From contig DATCYZ010000033.1 of assembly GCA_036526195.1 (NCBI GenBank), positions 110,153 through 174,152 on the forward strand: a DNA stretch of 64,000 bases. Direction: 5' to 3'. The DNA is from Burkholderiales bacterium. GTDB taxonomy: Bacteria; Pseudomonadota; Gammaproteobacteria; Burkholderiales; SG8-39. Shown piece after piece: positions 30,218 to 40,503 of this stretch (position 1 is the first letter of the stretch; every line of letters starts with the position of its first letter). The notes below the pieces were generated by a model. That model was not told where the DNA came from, ran no database searches, and saw nothing but the letters and a program-made list of their open reading frames with translations. The position numbers were made by a program, and so were the translations under genes.

Positions 30218-31759
30218 ATGAACGGCGCAGAAAGCCTCGTGCGCAGCCTCGTTGCCTCGGGCGTCGAGGCCTGCTTTGCCAACCCCGGCACCTCGGAGAT
30301 GCATTTCGTCGCCGCGCTCGACCGGGTCCCCGGGCTGCGTTGCGTGCTCGGACTCGCGGAAACCGTGGTCACGGGATGCGCGGATGGCTATGGCCGCATG
30401 GCGGGCAAGCCCGCGGCCACCTTGCTGCATTGCGGCCCCGGCCTCGCCAACGGCATCGCCAACCTGCACAACGCGCGCCGCGCCAATGCCCCGGTGGTGA
30501 ACATCGTCGGCGACCACGCGACCTACCACCGGCCGCATGACGCGCCGCTCACCGCGGACACCGAGGGCCTTGCGCGCGCGGTGTCGCACTGGGTGCGCAC
30601 CAGCATGTTGTCGTCCGACGTGGCCGCTGACGGCGCTGCCGCGGTGCGCGCCGCGCGCAGCGCCCCGGGGCAGGTCGCCACGCTGATCCTGCCGGCGGAC
30701 ACCGCATGGAACGCAGGCGGCGCCGTCGTCACCGCCGCGCCGCCGCCCGCGCGCGCGCACGCGGCGCCCGACACGGTGCGCGCCATCGCCGCGGCGCTGT
30801 CGCGCGGCGAGGCCTCGATGCTGGTGCTCTCGGGCGAGGCGTTGACCGAGGCAGGGCTGGTCGCGGCGCAGCGCGTTGCGCAGGCCTGCGGCGCGCAACT
30901 GCGCACCCCCACGCAGGTGGCGCGCATGGCGCGCGGCCGCGGTCGCGTGCCGGTGGACCGGATTCCGTACGTGGTCGACATGGCGCTGAAGGTGTTCGAG
31001 GGCGTGAAGCAGCTGGTGCTGGTCGCGGCCAAGCCGCCGGTGGGCTTCTTTGCCTATCCGGACAAGCCGAGCACGCTGTGGCCGAAGGATTGCGCGGTGC
31101 ACGTGCTCGCGCGCCCGGAGCAGGATGCGGTTGCGGCGCTCGAGGCGCTCGCCGATGAACTCGGCGCGCCGCGCAAGGTGGCGATCCCCGCGCCGCCGGC
31201 GCTCGCCGGCGCGGCGCGCGGCGCCTTCGAGCCGCTCGCCTTTGCCCACACCTTCGCCACGCTGATCCCGGAGAACGCGATCGTCATGGAAGACGCGGTG
31301 ACCTCGGGCCGCGCGCTGTTCGCGCCGACCTTCGGCGCGGCGCCGAACGACTGGATGCAGAACACCGGCGGCGCGATCGGGGTCGGCCTGCCGGCGGCGA
31401 CCGGGGCGGCGATCGCCTGCCCGGACCGCAAGGTGATCTGCCTGCAGGCCGACGGCGCCGGCATGTACACGCTGCAGTCGCTGTGGACGCAGGCGCGCGA
31501 GAAGCTCGACGTGGTCACCGTGGTCTTCGCCAACCGCATCTACCGCATCCTGCAGGGCGAGCTGGTCTCGGTCGGCGCGCAGCCCGGCCCGACCTCGGAG
31601 GCGCTGTTCGACATCGGCCACCCGGATCTCGACTGGGTGAAGCTCGCCGCCGGCATGGGCGTCGAGGCGGTGCAGGTGGCGACGCTGGAGGGCTTTGCCG
31701 ATGCCATGCGCGGCGCCCTCAAGCGCCGCGGGCCCTTCCTGATCGCGTTCCGGATCTAG
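30218..31759 (+). CDS. ThDP-dependent enzyme, acetolactate synthase large subunit-like family
   Basis: MNGAESLV, FANPGTSEMH, ADGYGR, LHCGPGLANG, GGAIG, QADGAGMY..N; AGGAG RBS. Confidence 0.88.
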   Translation: MNGAESLVRSLVASGVEACFANPGTSEMHFVAALDRVPGLRCVLGLAETVVTGCADGYGRMAGKPAATLLHCGPGLANGIANLHNARRANAPVVNIVGDHATYHRPHDAPLTADTEGLARAVSHWVRTSMLSSDVAADGAAAVRAARSAPGQVATLILPADTAWNAGGAVVTAAPPPARAHAAPDTVRAIAAALSRGEASMLVLSGEALTEAGLVAAQRVAQACGAQLRTPTQVARMARGRGRVPVDRIPYVVDMALKVFEGVKQLVLVAAKPPVGFFAYPDKPSTLWPKDCAVHVLARPEQDAVAALEALADELGAPRKVAIPAPPALAGAARGAFEPLAFAHTFATLIPENAIVMEDAVTSGRALFAPTFGAAPNDWMQNTGGAIGVGLPAATGAAIACPDRKVICLQADGAGMYTLQSLWTQAREKLDVVTVVFANRIYRILQGELVSVGAQPGPTSEALFDIGHPDLDWVKLAAGMGVEAVQVATLEGFADAMRGALKRRGPFLIAFRI

Positions 31760-31781
31760 CCGGAGGCCGCAGTCGCGCCGC

Positions 31782-34700
31782 TCAGGGATCGCGCCGGCGG
31801 TCCTGCGGGCCGTGCAGGGCCGCGGCGCCGGCCGGCAGCGCGGCGCCGCGCCGCCGCTCGCGCCAGTTCTCGATCAGCGAATACGCCGCCGGCACCACCA
31901 CCAGCGTGAGCAGCGTCGAGGTCACCATGCCGCCCATCACCGCGATCGACAGCGGCTGGTTGGTCTCGGCGCCCGCCCCCAGCCCCAGCGAGGCCGGCAG
32001 CAACGCGAGGATCAGCGTGAGCGAGGTCATCAGCACCGGGCGCATGCGGATCGGGCAGGCGTCGGCGAGGGCCGCATCGACGCCCATGCCCTGCGCGCGC
32101 CGCTGGTTGGTGAGGTCGACCAGCAGGATCGAGTTCTTCGCCACCAGGCCGATCAGCAGCACCAGGCCGATGCCCGAGTAGATGTTCAGCGTGTGCGTGC
32201 GGATCTCCCAGCCCACCAGCGCACCGAGTTGCGACAGGGGCTGGAACATCCACAGCGCGAACACACCGCCGATGATGGCGAGCGGTACCGCCAGCATGAT
32301 GAGCAGCGGTTGCAGGAACGAGTTGAACTGGCTGGCGAGGACCATGTAGAGGAGCACCAGCGCCAGCACGAAGGTGAAGATGGTGGCGCCGCTGGTCTTC
32401 TCGAGCTGCTCCGCCTCACCGATGAAGGCGACGGAATAGCCGATCGGCAGGTCGCTCGCGGCGGCGCGCACCTTCTCGATGGCGGTGCCAAGCGCCACCG
32501 CCGGAGTGGCGTAGAAGGTGGCAGCGTACTGCAGGTCGAAGCGGCCGATGACCGCCGGTCCGACCACTTCGCTGAAGCGCGCCACGCTGTCCAGCCGCAC
32601 CAACTGCCCGGTGCGGTTGCGCAGGTAGATCTTCGACAGGTCGGCCTGCTGGCGGAACTCGCCCTCTTTCGCCTTCACGCGGATGTCGTAGCGCTCGCCG
32701 TCGCCCGGGATGTCGTTGTACTTGGCAATGTCGATGCCGCCGGTGAGCATGTTGATGGCGAGCGCGACGTCCGAGGAGTTCAGCCCGAGTCCGGCGGCGC
32801 GTACCCGGTCCGGCTGCAGCACCAGTTGCGGCAGGTTGAGCTGCAGGTCGGTGTCCATGCGTCCGATGCCGGGGTCCGCCTGCAGCGTGCGCTGCAGTTC
32901 GGTGGCGAGCCGCCCCATCTCCTGCAGGTTCGGGCCCTTGACGACGAACTGCAGCGGTTCCGAGCGTTGCCCCTGGACCAGTCCGGGCGGGCGCGGGAAG
33001 ACCCGCGCGCCGGCGATCTGCGACAGCTCGCGCCGCAGCACCACCAGGATCTCCTGCTGCGAGCGCTTGCGCTCGGCGCGCGGCTTCATGCGCACCACCA
33101 GCGTCGCCTGGTTCACCTGCCCCGCCGAGCCCAGCCCGATGATGCCGAACTCGGTGACGATCTCCTTATGCCGGAAGACGATGGTCTCAACCTCGCGCAG
33201 CTTCGATTCCGTGTACTCGATGGACGAGCCGAGCGGTGTGCGGATGCCGACCAGGAAGCGCCCCTCGTCCTGCTGCGGCGCGAGTTCCGTGGGCAGCTGC
33301 TTGAAGAAGAAGACCGAGGACAACGTCACCGCGAGCGCCGCCAGCATCACCAGCCAGCGGTACTTGAGCGAGCCGTCGAGCGCGCGCCGGTAGAGCTGCT
33401 CCATGCCCTGGAAGAAACGCTCGAGCGCCCAGTACACGCGCCCGTGTTGTGCCTTCACCTCGAGATAACGCGAGCACAGCATCGGCGTCAGGGTGAGGGA
33501 CACGAAAAGCGACACCAGCACGCCGAAGGTCACCACGACGGCGAATGAACGCAGGAACTGGCCGAGGATGCCGGAGACGAAGATCACCGGCGCGAAGATC
33601 GCCACCAGCGCAAAGCTCGCCGCAATCACGGCAAAGGCGACCTCGCGGCTGCCGGTGGCGGCCGCGGTCATGGCGTCGGTCCCGGGGTCCTCCTCACGGT
33701 GCCGGTAGATGTTTTCCAGCACCACGATGGCATCGTCCACCACCACGCCGATCAGCAGCAGGAGCGCGAGCAGCGTCACCGAGTTGAAGGTGTAGCCGAA
33801 GAAGTACATCACCGCGATCGCGCCGAACAGCGACACCGGGATCGAGGTCGCGATGATCAGCGTCGAGCGCAGGCTCTTCAGGAACAGCCAGACGATGAGC
33901 GCGGCGAGCAGCGTGCCCTCGATCAGGTGGTTCTTCAGCGAACTGACCATCTCGCCGATGAAGATCGCGTCGTTCTGCACGTAATGCAGCGCCAGCCCCG
34001 GCGGCAGCTGGGCGCGAATCTCGCCGTCGACGCGGGCTTGCACGGCGTGGATGATGTCCACGGTGTTGGTGTTCGGCACCTTGACGATGCCCACGCCGAC
34101 GGTGGGCTTGCCGTTGAAGCGCGCGAGCTGGCGGAAGTCCGTCAGGCCGTCCTCGATCTCGGCGACATCGCGCAGCCGCACCGGCGCGCCCTCGCGCTGG
34201 CCGATGATCATCGCGCCGAGTTCGTCGAGGCGATGGAATTCAAGGTCGAGCTTCACCAGGTGCTCGGTGGTGCGGCCGGTGAGGAAGCCGCCGGAGAACT
34301 GGATGTGCTCCTTGCCGAAGGCCTCGGCGATGTCCTGCGCGGCGACGCCGAAGGCCGCCATCTTCGAGGGTTGCAGGTTGACGCGGATGGTGCGGTCGCG
34401 CCGCCCGCCGATGCGGATCTCGCCCACGCCGTCAATGGTCTCGAGGCGCTTCTTGATGATGTTGATGGCGTATTGGTTGAGCTGCTGCTGGGTGCGATCG
34501 CCCTGCAGGGCCATCCACATGATGGGCGAGGTGTTGGTCTCGACCTTCGCGACCACCGGCGGGTCGGCGTCCTTTGGCAGGCGGCGCACCACCTGGTTCA
34601 CCTTCGCCTGCACCTCCTGGAAGGCGGAATCGATGCGTTTGTCGAGATTGAAGGTGATCGACACCACGGAAACGCCGGGCGAGGAGGTCGACTGGATGTG

Positions 34701-34934
34701 CTCGATGCCGGGCACGCTGTTGACCGCGGTCTCGATCAGGTTGGTGATCGCCGCGTCGATGACGTCCGGGTTGGCGCCCTTCTGCGCCGTGGTGACCGAG
34801 ACCACCGGGAACTCGATGTAGGGCAGCTTGTCGACGCCCATTCGGGTGTAGGCGATGACGCCGAACAGGATCAGCACCGCGTTCAGCATGAACGCGAGGA
34901 CGTGCCGCTTGATGGACAGTTCAGGGAGCGTCAT
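31782..34934 (-). CDS. RND efflux permease (AcrB/MdtB-like)
   Basis: GVVVDDAIVVLENI, VSLTLTPML, GLVAKNSILLVD, RMRPVLMT; 1050 aa. Confidence 0.95.
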   Translation of the reverse strand: MTLPELSIKRHVLAFMLNAVLILFGVIAYTRMGVDKLPYIEFPVVSVTTAQKGANPDVIDAAITNLIETAVNSVPGIEHIQSTSSPGVSVVSITFNLDKRIDSAFQEVQAKVNQVVRRLPKDADPPVVAKVETNTSPIMWMALQGDRTQQQLNQYAINIIKKRLETIDGVGEIRIGGRRDRTIRVNLQPSKMAAFGVAAQDIAEAFGKEHIQFSGGFLTGRTTEHLVKLDLEFHRLDELGAMIIGQREGAPVRLRDVAEIEDGLTDFRQLARFNGKPTVGVGIVKVPNTNTVDIIHAVQARVDGEIRAQLPPGLALHYVQNDAIFIGEMVSSLKNHLIEGTLLAALIVWLFLKSLRSTLIIATSIPVSLFGAIAVMYFFGYTFNSVTLLALLLLIGVVVDDAIVVLENIYRHREEDPGTDAMTAAATGSREVAFAVIAASFALVAIFAPVIFVSGILGQFLRSFAVVVTFGVLVSLFVSLTLTPMLCSRYLEVKAQHGRVYWALERFFQGMEQLYRRALDGSLKYRWLVMLAALAVTLSSVFFFKQLPTELAPQQDEGRFLVGIRTPLGSSIEYTESKLREVETIVFRHKEIVTEFGIIGLGSAGQVNQATLVVRMKPRAERKRSQQEILVVLRRELSQIAGARVFPRPPGLVQGQRSEPLQFVVKGPNLQEMGRLATELQRTLQADPGIGRMDTDLQLNLPQLVLQPDRVRAAGLGLNSSDVALAINMLTGGIDIAKYNDIPGDGERYDIRVKAKEGEFRQQADLSKIYLRNRTGQLVRLDSVARFSEVVGPAVIGRFDLQYAATFYATPAVALGTAIEKVRAAASDLPIGYSVAFIGEAEQLEKTSGATIFTFVLALVLLYMVLASQFNSFLQPLLIMLAVPLAIIGGVFALWMFQPLSQLGALVGWEIRTHTLNIYSGIGLVLLIGLVAKNSILLVDLTNQRRAQGMGVDAALADACPIRMRPVLMTSLTLILALLPASLGLGAGAETNQPLSIAVMGGMVTSTLLTLVVVPAAYSLIENWRERRRGAALPAGAAALHGPQDRRRDP

Positions 34935-34937
34935 GAC

Positions 34938-36161
34938 TTACCCCTTCGCCGCAGCATCCTTCGCATCGGTGGCGGGCGGTCCGCCGCCCGGACGGTCCCC
35001 GGATTTCATCCCGCCCTTGCCTTCCGGCCTTGCGCCGTCCTTGCCTTCGGGTTTCGCGCCCGGCTTGGCCGCCGGCTTCGGGAACGCCACGGCGGCGCCG
35101 TGGGTGAGGAATCCCGCGCCGTCCACCGCGACCGTTTCGCCGGCCGCCAACCCCTTCACGATCTCCTGCAGGGCGTCCTGCTTGAGCCCCGTCTCCACGA
35201 CGCGCTGCTCGGCCTTGCCTTCCCTGATCACGTACACCACCTTGCCTGCGGGCCGCAGCACGACGCTCTGCTCGGGGACCATCAGCGCCTTGTCCTTCAC
35301 CGCGATGACGATGCGCGCGGTGACGCTGCCGCCGCCGCGAAACGCCGGGTCGGAGGTCTCAAAGCGCACGATCGCGTTGAGCGCGCGATTGGCCGTGCCC
35401 ACCGTCGGCTTGATGTCGTTGATGGCCGCCTCGACGACGCGGCTCGGTGCCGCGGGCGTGAAGAAGCGGACCTTCAGGCCCGGCTGGATGCGCTCGGCGG
35501 CGCTCTCGGGCAGCAACAGCTGCGCGCGCAGCACCCGTGTCCCGACCATCGTAAAGAGCAGGTCGCCGACCTTCACGAAATCGCCGCTGGCGACCGCCTG
35601 GCGTTCGATCTCGCCGTCCATCGGCGCAAGCACCCGTGCCTTGCCGATGCTGCGCCGCGTCTGGTCGCCGCGCGCCTTCGCCGCCGCGAGCTGGTCGCGC
35701 TGGGCGTTGCGCTGCGCGGTGGCATCGTCCACCGCGTTCTGCGAGATGAAGCCCTTCTCCATCAGGCGCGTCTGGCGCTCGACGACACGCTCGGCCTGCT
35801 CCAGCAGCGTCGATAGCCGCGCGATGTCGGCGGTGTCCGCGCGCGCCTGGATCTCGAAATCCTGCGGGTCGATCTCGGCGAGCAACTCGCCTTTCTTCAC
35901 CTTTTTGCCGGTATGCGCGAGGACCCGGATCACCCGGCCCGCGACCTCCGCGCCGAGCTTCGGGTCCATGACGTTCTCGAGGGCGCCGACAACCTCCTCG
36001 TAGACCTCGAAGCTGCGCGGCTGCACCTGCGTCGCGGTGACGAGGACGGGCGGCGGGCCGGCCGGGCGCTTGGTCGGCGCCGCCTCCTTGCCGCAGGCGG
36101 CCAGCAGCGCGGCACACAGCACGAGCGCCGGCAGGCGAACGGGAAAACGCAGGATCCTCAT
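34938..36161 (-). CDS. RND periplasmic adaptor (membrane fusion lipoprotein)
   Basis: Lipobox LAAC, AEVAGRV..VKKGELLAEID, APMDGEI, VETG..GLAAGE. Confidence 0.92.
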   Translation of the reverse strand: MRILRFPVRLPALVLCAALLAACGKEAAPTKRPAGPPPVLVTATQVQPRSFEVYEEVVGALENVMDPKLGAEVAGRVIRVLAHTGKKVKKGELLAEIDPQDFEIQARADTADIARLSTLLEQAERVVERQTRLMEKGFISQNAVDDATAQRNAQRDQLAAAKARGDQTRRSIGKARVLAPMDGEIERQAVASGDFVKVGDLLFTMVGTRVLRAQLLLPESAAERIQPGLKVRFFTPAAPSRVVEAAINDIKPTVGTANRALNAIVRFETSDPAFRGGGSVTARIVIAVKDKALMVPEQSVVLRPAGKVVYVIREGKAEQRVVETGLKQDALQEIVKGLAAGETVAVDGAGFLTHGAAVAFPKPAAKPGAKPEGKDGARPEGKGGMKSGDRPGGGPPATDAKDAAAKG

Positions 36162-37405
36162 TTCGGCACCGACTCCATGGCAAGCATTTCCTCGACCGTC
36201 TCGCGGCGTCGCACCAGATGTGCGGCGCCACCGTCCACCAGCACTTCGGCGGCGCGCGGCCGGGTGTTGTAGTTGGAGCTCATGACCATTGCGTAGGCGC
36301 CTGCGGACATGACGGCCAGCAGGTCGCCGGCCTGCGCGGCAAGTCGGCGGTCTTTGGCGAGGAAATCGGCCGACTCGCAGACCGGGCCGACGACGTCGAC
36401 CACGGCCCCGGCCGCCTGCGCGGGCGCCTCGCGCACCGGCAGCACCTCGTGCCAGGCGCTGTACAGCGACGGGCGCAGCAGGTCGTTCATGGCCGCATCG
36501 ACCACGAGGAAGCTCTTTGCCTCGCCGGGCTTCACGTACTCGACGCGGGTGAGGAGCACGCCGGCATTGCCGACGATCGAGCGACCCGGATCGACGATCA
36601 GCATCTCGCGCCGACCGGCAAGCGCGCCGCGGATCGCCGCGATCGTCTCGCCCACCGGGCGCGGCGTCTCGTCGCGGTAGCGGATGCCGATGCCGCCGCC
36701 GACGTCGATGTGCGAAAGCGTGATGCCGGCCCGCGCAAGGCGCTCGACGAGGGCGATGATACGCACCGTCGCCTCCACCAGCGGCGCGCCGTCGGTGAGC
36801 TGCGAGCCGATGTGGCAGCCGATGCCCGTGACCTCGATGTGCGCCGAAGCCGCAGCCCGCCGGTACAGCCGTTCCGCGTCCGCGTAGGCCACGCCGAACT
36901 TGTTCTCGCGCAGGCCGGTCGAGATGTAGGGATGGGTTTTCGCGTCGACATCCGGATTGACGCGAAAGGCGACTGGCGCGCGAAGGCCGAGCCGTCCGGC
37001 CACCGCCTCGACACGCTCGAACTCGGCCTCGGACTCCAGGTTCAGGCTCAACACGCCCGCTTCGAGCGCCTGCGCGATCTCGGCTTCGCTCTTGCCGACG
37101 CCCGAGAACACGGTGCGCCGCGCATCCCCCCCCGCGGCGAGCACCCGGGCAAGCTCGCCGCCGGAAACGATGTCGAATCCGGCGCCGAGCCGCGCCAGCA
37201 GTGCGAGCACTGCGAGGTTGGAGTTCGACTTGACCGAATAGCACACCATCGACGCGCAACCCTCGAGCGCATCGGCGTAGCTGCGATACGCCGCCTCGAT
37301 CGCGGCGCGCGAATAGACGTAGCAAGGCGTGCCGTGCCGGCGCGCGATCTCCTCGAGCGGCACCTCTTCGGCGCGCAGTGCGCCCGCGACGTACGCAAAG
37401 CTCAT
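36158..37405 (-). CDS. lysA: Diaminopimelate decarboxylase
   Basis: TPCYVYS, YSVKSN, DIVSGGE, HIGSQ, GPVCESAD, SNYN. Confidence 0.96.
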   Translation of the reverse strand: MSFAYVAGALRAEEVPLEEIARRHGTPCYVYSRAAIEAAYRSYADALEGCASMVCYSVKSNSNLAVLALLARLGAGFDIVSGGELARVLAAGGDARRTVFSGVGKSEAEIAQALEAGVLSLNLESEAEFERVEAVAGRLGLRAPVAFRVNPDVDAKTHPYISTGLRENKFGVAYADAERLYRRAAASAHIEVTGIGCHIGSQLTDGAPLVEATVRIIALVERLARAGITLSHIDVGGGIGIRYRDETPRPVGETIAAIRGALAGRREMLIVDPGRSIVGNAGVLLTRVEYVKPGEAKSFLVVDAAMNDLLRPSLYSAWHEVLPVREAPAQAAGAVVDVVGPVCESADFLAKDRRLAAQAGDLLAVMSAGAYAMVMSSNYNTRPRAAEVLVDGGAAHLVRRRETVEEMLAMESVPK

Positions 37406-37414
37406 GGGGGGACC

Positions 37415-37609
37415 TTACTGCGGCTTGCCGGCGTCGCCGCCCTCGGTGCGCGGCTCGGCCGGATACGGCACCGGCTTGTACACCGGTTCGGTCTTCGGCG
37501 GCTTGACGCCGGGGGGCGGCTTGTCGCGCAGATAAAGCTCCCCGCGCTGGCCGCAGCCGACCGCGACCAAGCATGCGAGGACGGCCAGAACAAGGGGCGC
37601 GCGGGGCAT
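37415..37609 (-). CDS. lptM: Small lipoprotein LptM/YifL-like
   Basis: VGCGQRGELYL motif; located between cyaY and lysA. Confidence 0.75.
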   Translation of the reverse strand: MPRAPLVLAVLACLVAVGCGQRGELYLRDKPPPGVKPPKTEPVYKPVPYPAEPRTEGGDAGKPQ

Positions 37610-37662
37610 CTTCAGAGGGGCTGCACTAAAATATCGATGCTAGCACGGAGGCGCCGCACCCC

Positions 37663-38010
37663 ATGATGTCAAGCCTGACAGATTCCGAGTTCGAGGCCCT
37701 CACCGATGCCGAGCTTGAACGCATCGAGCAGGCGCTCGAGGCCTGTGGCGTGGATGCGGACCTCGAGCCCAAACCCGGCGGGGTGCTCGACATCGAGTTC
37801 GCCGACGGCTCCAGGATCATCATCAACCGGCACGGGGCGGCGCGCGAACTCTGGGTCGCGGCGCGCTCGGGCGGGTTTCATTTCCGCTGGGACGGGACGG
37901 CTTGGCACGACTCCCGCGACGGCAGCGAGTTCTACGCGGCGCTCTCGCGGCTGGTGTCGGCCCAGAGCGGCGAAGGCGTCGTGCTCGCGCCTAGACCGGC
38001 GGCGCCTTGA
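37663..38010 (+). CDS. cyaY: Iron donor protein CyaY (frataxin)
   Basis: GGVLDIEF, IIINRH, ELWVAARSGGFHF. Confidence 0.94.
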   Translation: MMSSLTDSEFEALTDAELERIEQALEACGVDADLEPKPGGVLDIEFADGSRIIINRHGAARELWVAARSGGFHFRWDGTAWHDSRDGSEFYAALSRLVSAQSGEGVVLAPRPAAP

Positions 38011-40333
38011 ACGGGTTCTCCACGGGGGGAATGGCGGGGGCCCCGGGGAGGACCGGCATTCCAGGCAGGCCCGGCGGCGCAGCCGGACCTGGCAGGTACT
38101 CGCGGTAAAAGAACTCGGACACCGGCTTGCCGTCGTCGGGTCTTGCCGGATCGGGTTCCGTGAGGGCGCTCACCACGCCCTCGGGCGGGGTGCGGGCGAC
38201 TTCCGGCACGCCTTTCAGCACCTTTTCCATGTAGCCCAGCCAGATCGGCAAGGCGACTGAACCGCCGGTCTGGTTGCGTCCCAGGCTGCGCGGCTGGCCG
38301 TAGCCGACCCAGGCGACCCCGGCCACCGTGGGCTGGTAGCCGGCGAACCAGGCATCGACGAACTCGTTGGTGGTGCCGGTCTTGCCGGCAAGGTCGTGGC
38401 GTCCCAGCCGCGCCGCGCGCGCCGCCGTGCCATAGCGCGTCACGTCCTGCAGCAGGCTGTCCATGATGAAGGCGTTGCGCGCATCGATCACGCGCAGCGC
38501 CGGGTCCCCGGCGAGCGGCGGGTTCGCCACCGCGAGCACGTTGCCCCGGTCATCGACGATCTTCTGGATGAAGTACGGCTGCACGAGGAAGCCGCCGTTC
38601 GCGAAGACGGCGTAGCCGCGCGCCACCTGCATCGGCGTCACCGAGCCGGCGCCGAGCGCCATGGTCAGGTAGGGCGGGTGCTTGTCGGCGTCGAAGCCGA
38701 AGCGACGGATGTAGTCCTGCGCGTACTTCGGGCCGATCGCCTCGAGGATGCGGATCGACACCATGTTCTTCGACTTGGCGAGCGCGTTGCGCAGCCGCAG
38801 CGGCCCCTCGAATTTGCCGTCGTAGTTCTTCGGTTCCCAGCGCTGCGAGCCGGTGATCTCCGCATCGACCACGATCGGTTCGTCGGCGATCACCGTAGCC
38901 GGGGTAAACCCCTTCTCGAGCGCCGCGGAGTAGATGAAGGGCTTGAACGAGGAACCGGGCTGGCGCCAGGCCTGCACCACGTGGTTGAACTTGGTGCGTG
39001 AAAAATCGAACCCGCCCACCAGCGCGCGCACCGCGCCGTCCGAGGGATCGAGCGAGACGAAGGCCGCCTCGACCTCGGGCAACTGGGCGAGTTGCCAGCG
39101 CTGCCGCTCGTCCTTCTGCAGGCGGACGATCGCGCCGCGCTGGATCCTGCGCTGCGGCGCGGCCTTTGGGTCGAGCGCGCGCGCTACGAACTTCAAGGCC
39201 TCGCCCTCGATCTTCACGCGCGTGCCGTTGCGCAGCGCGACTTCGACGCTGCCGGGGCCGGCCGAGAGCACCAGCGCCGCGACCAGGTCTTCGCTGTCCG
39301 GGTGCTCCGCCAGCGCATCGTCGATCTCGTCCTCGTCAAGCGGCTCGGTGAGCCTGGCAAAGCCCTCGGGGCCGCGGTAGCCGTGGCGTCGGTCGTACTC
39401 GAGCACGCCGCGGCGCAGGGCGGTGTACGCAGCCTCCTGGTCTGCGGCGCGCAGGGTGGTGTAGACGCGAAAGCCCTTGGTGTAGGCCGCTTCCGGGTAT
39501 TGCTCGTAGATCGCCTGGCGGACCATTTCGGCGAGGTGGTCCGCAGCCACCGAGAAGTGGGCGGTTTCCCGGCGGACGTGCAGGGACGCCTTGCCGCCCT
39601 CTTCATGCTGCGCCGCAGTAATGTGTCCAAGATCACGCATCCGGCGCAGCACGTACTGCTGCCGGAGTTTCGCGCGTTGTGGATTCGCAACAGGGTTGTA
39701 GGAAGACGGTGCCTTGGGCAGGCCGGCCAGCATGGCCATTTCGGCGATGGTGAGGTTGCCCAGCGCCTTGCCGTAATAGATCTGCGAGGCGGCGGCGAAT
39801 CCGTACGCGCGCTGGCCGAGATAGATCTGGTTCACGTACAGCTCGAGGATCTGGTCCTTGGTCAGGCTGTGCTCGATCTTGAAGGCAAGCAGCGCCTCGT
39901 AAAGCTTCCGGGTCAGGGTCTTTTCCGAGGACAGGAAGAAGTTGCGCGCCACCTGCATGGTGATGGTGCTGGCGCCCTGCCGTTTCCCCCCTGCGATGAG
40001 GTTGGCGTACGCTGCACGCAGCACGCCGAGATAGTCGATGCCGGCGTGCTGGTAGAAGCGTTCGTCTTCGGCCGCGAGGATGGCCGCTTTCAGCAACGGC
40101 GGCACGTCGCGGATCGACACGACCGAGCGCCGCTCCTCGCCGAACTCGCCGATCAGGATGCCTTCAGCGGTGTAGACCCGCAGCGGAATCTTGGGCTGGT
40201 AATCGGTCAGCATCCCCAGGGTGGGCAGGTTCGGCCAGGCAAGCAGCACCACGAAGGCGGCCATCAGCGCACCAGCCGTGGCGAGGCCCAGCAGCAGGAC
40301 GAACGGAAACAGTAAAAAACGGAGCCACATCAA
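37991..40333 (-). CDS. mrcA: Penicillin-binding protein 1A
   Basis: EDERF, GASTITMQVARN, RKLYE, RQPGSSFKP, SKN, KTGTT; divergent from pilM. Confidence 0.96.
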   Translation of the reverse strand: MMWLRFLLFPFVLLLGLATAGALMAAFVVLLAWPNLPTLGMLTDYQPKIPLRVYTAEGILIGEFGEERRSVVSIRDVPPLLKAAILAAEDERFYQHAGIDYLGVLRAAYANLIAGGKRQGASTITMQVARNFFLSSEKTLTRKLYEALLAFKIEHSLTKDQILELYVNQIYLGQRAYGFAAASQIYYGKALGNLTIAEMAMLAGLPKAPSSYNPVANPQRAKLRQQYVLRRMRDLGHITAAQHEEGGKASLHVRRETAHFSVAADHLAEMVRQAIYEQYPEAAYTKGFRVYTTLRAADQEAAYTALRRGVLEYDRRHGYRGPEGFARLTEPLDEDEIDDALAEHPDSEDLVAALVLSAGPGSVEVALRNGTRVKIEGEALKFVARALDPKAAPQRRIQRGAIVRLQKDERQRWQLAQLPEVEAAFVSLDPSDGAVRALVGGFDFSRTKFNHVVQAWRQPGSSFKPFIYSAALEKGFTPATVIADEPIVVDAEITGSQRWEPKNYDGKFEGPLRLRNALAKSKNMVSIRILEAIGPKYAQDYIRRFGFDADKHPPYLTMALGAGSVTPMQVARGYAVFANGGFLVQPYFIQKIVDDRGNVLAVANPPLAGDPALRVIDARNAFIMDSLLQDVTRYGTAARAARLGRHDLAGKTGTTNEFVDAWFAGYQPTVAGVAWVGYGQPRSLGRNQTGGSVALPIWLGYMEKVLKGVPEVARTPPEGVVSALTEPDPARPDDGKPVSEFFYREYLPGPAAPPGLPGMPVLPGAPAIPPVENPFKAPPV

Positions 40334-40503
40334 GGGGGTTAGAGTGTGACGGAATGCCGCGGGTTCGGGCGGGCAGGCAAGGTAGCATGAATGGGCCCCG
40401 CTGCCGGGGAGGATTTACTAGACACCTGCGGGAGTTGTTGCTAGCATTTAACGCGAATTCTACGTATTGCACCTAACAGGCCGGTGCACAAGGAAAAATA
40501 GCG

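Noticed and set aside
37991..38010. Short gene overlaps (cyaY/mrcA 20 nt, ilvD/DUF924 12 nt, aroK/aroB 19 nt)
   Set aside because: Common in compact high-GC genomes; no sign of frameshift or pseudogenisation
40344..40359. CRP/Vfr site upstream of mrcA/pilM (TGTGA half-site)
   Set aside because: The second half-site does not match TCACA; too weak to call
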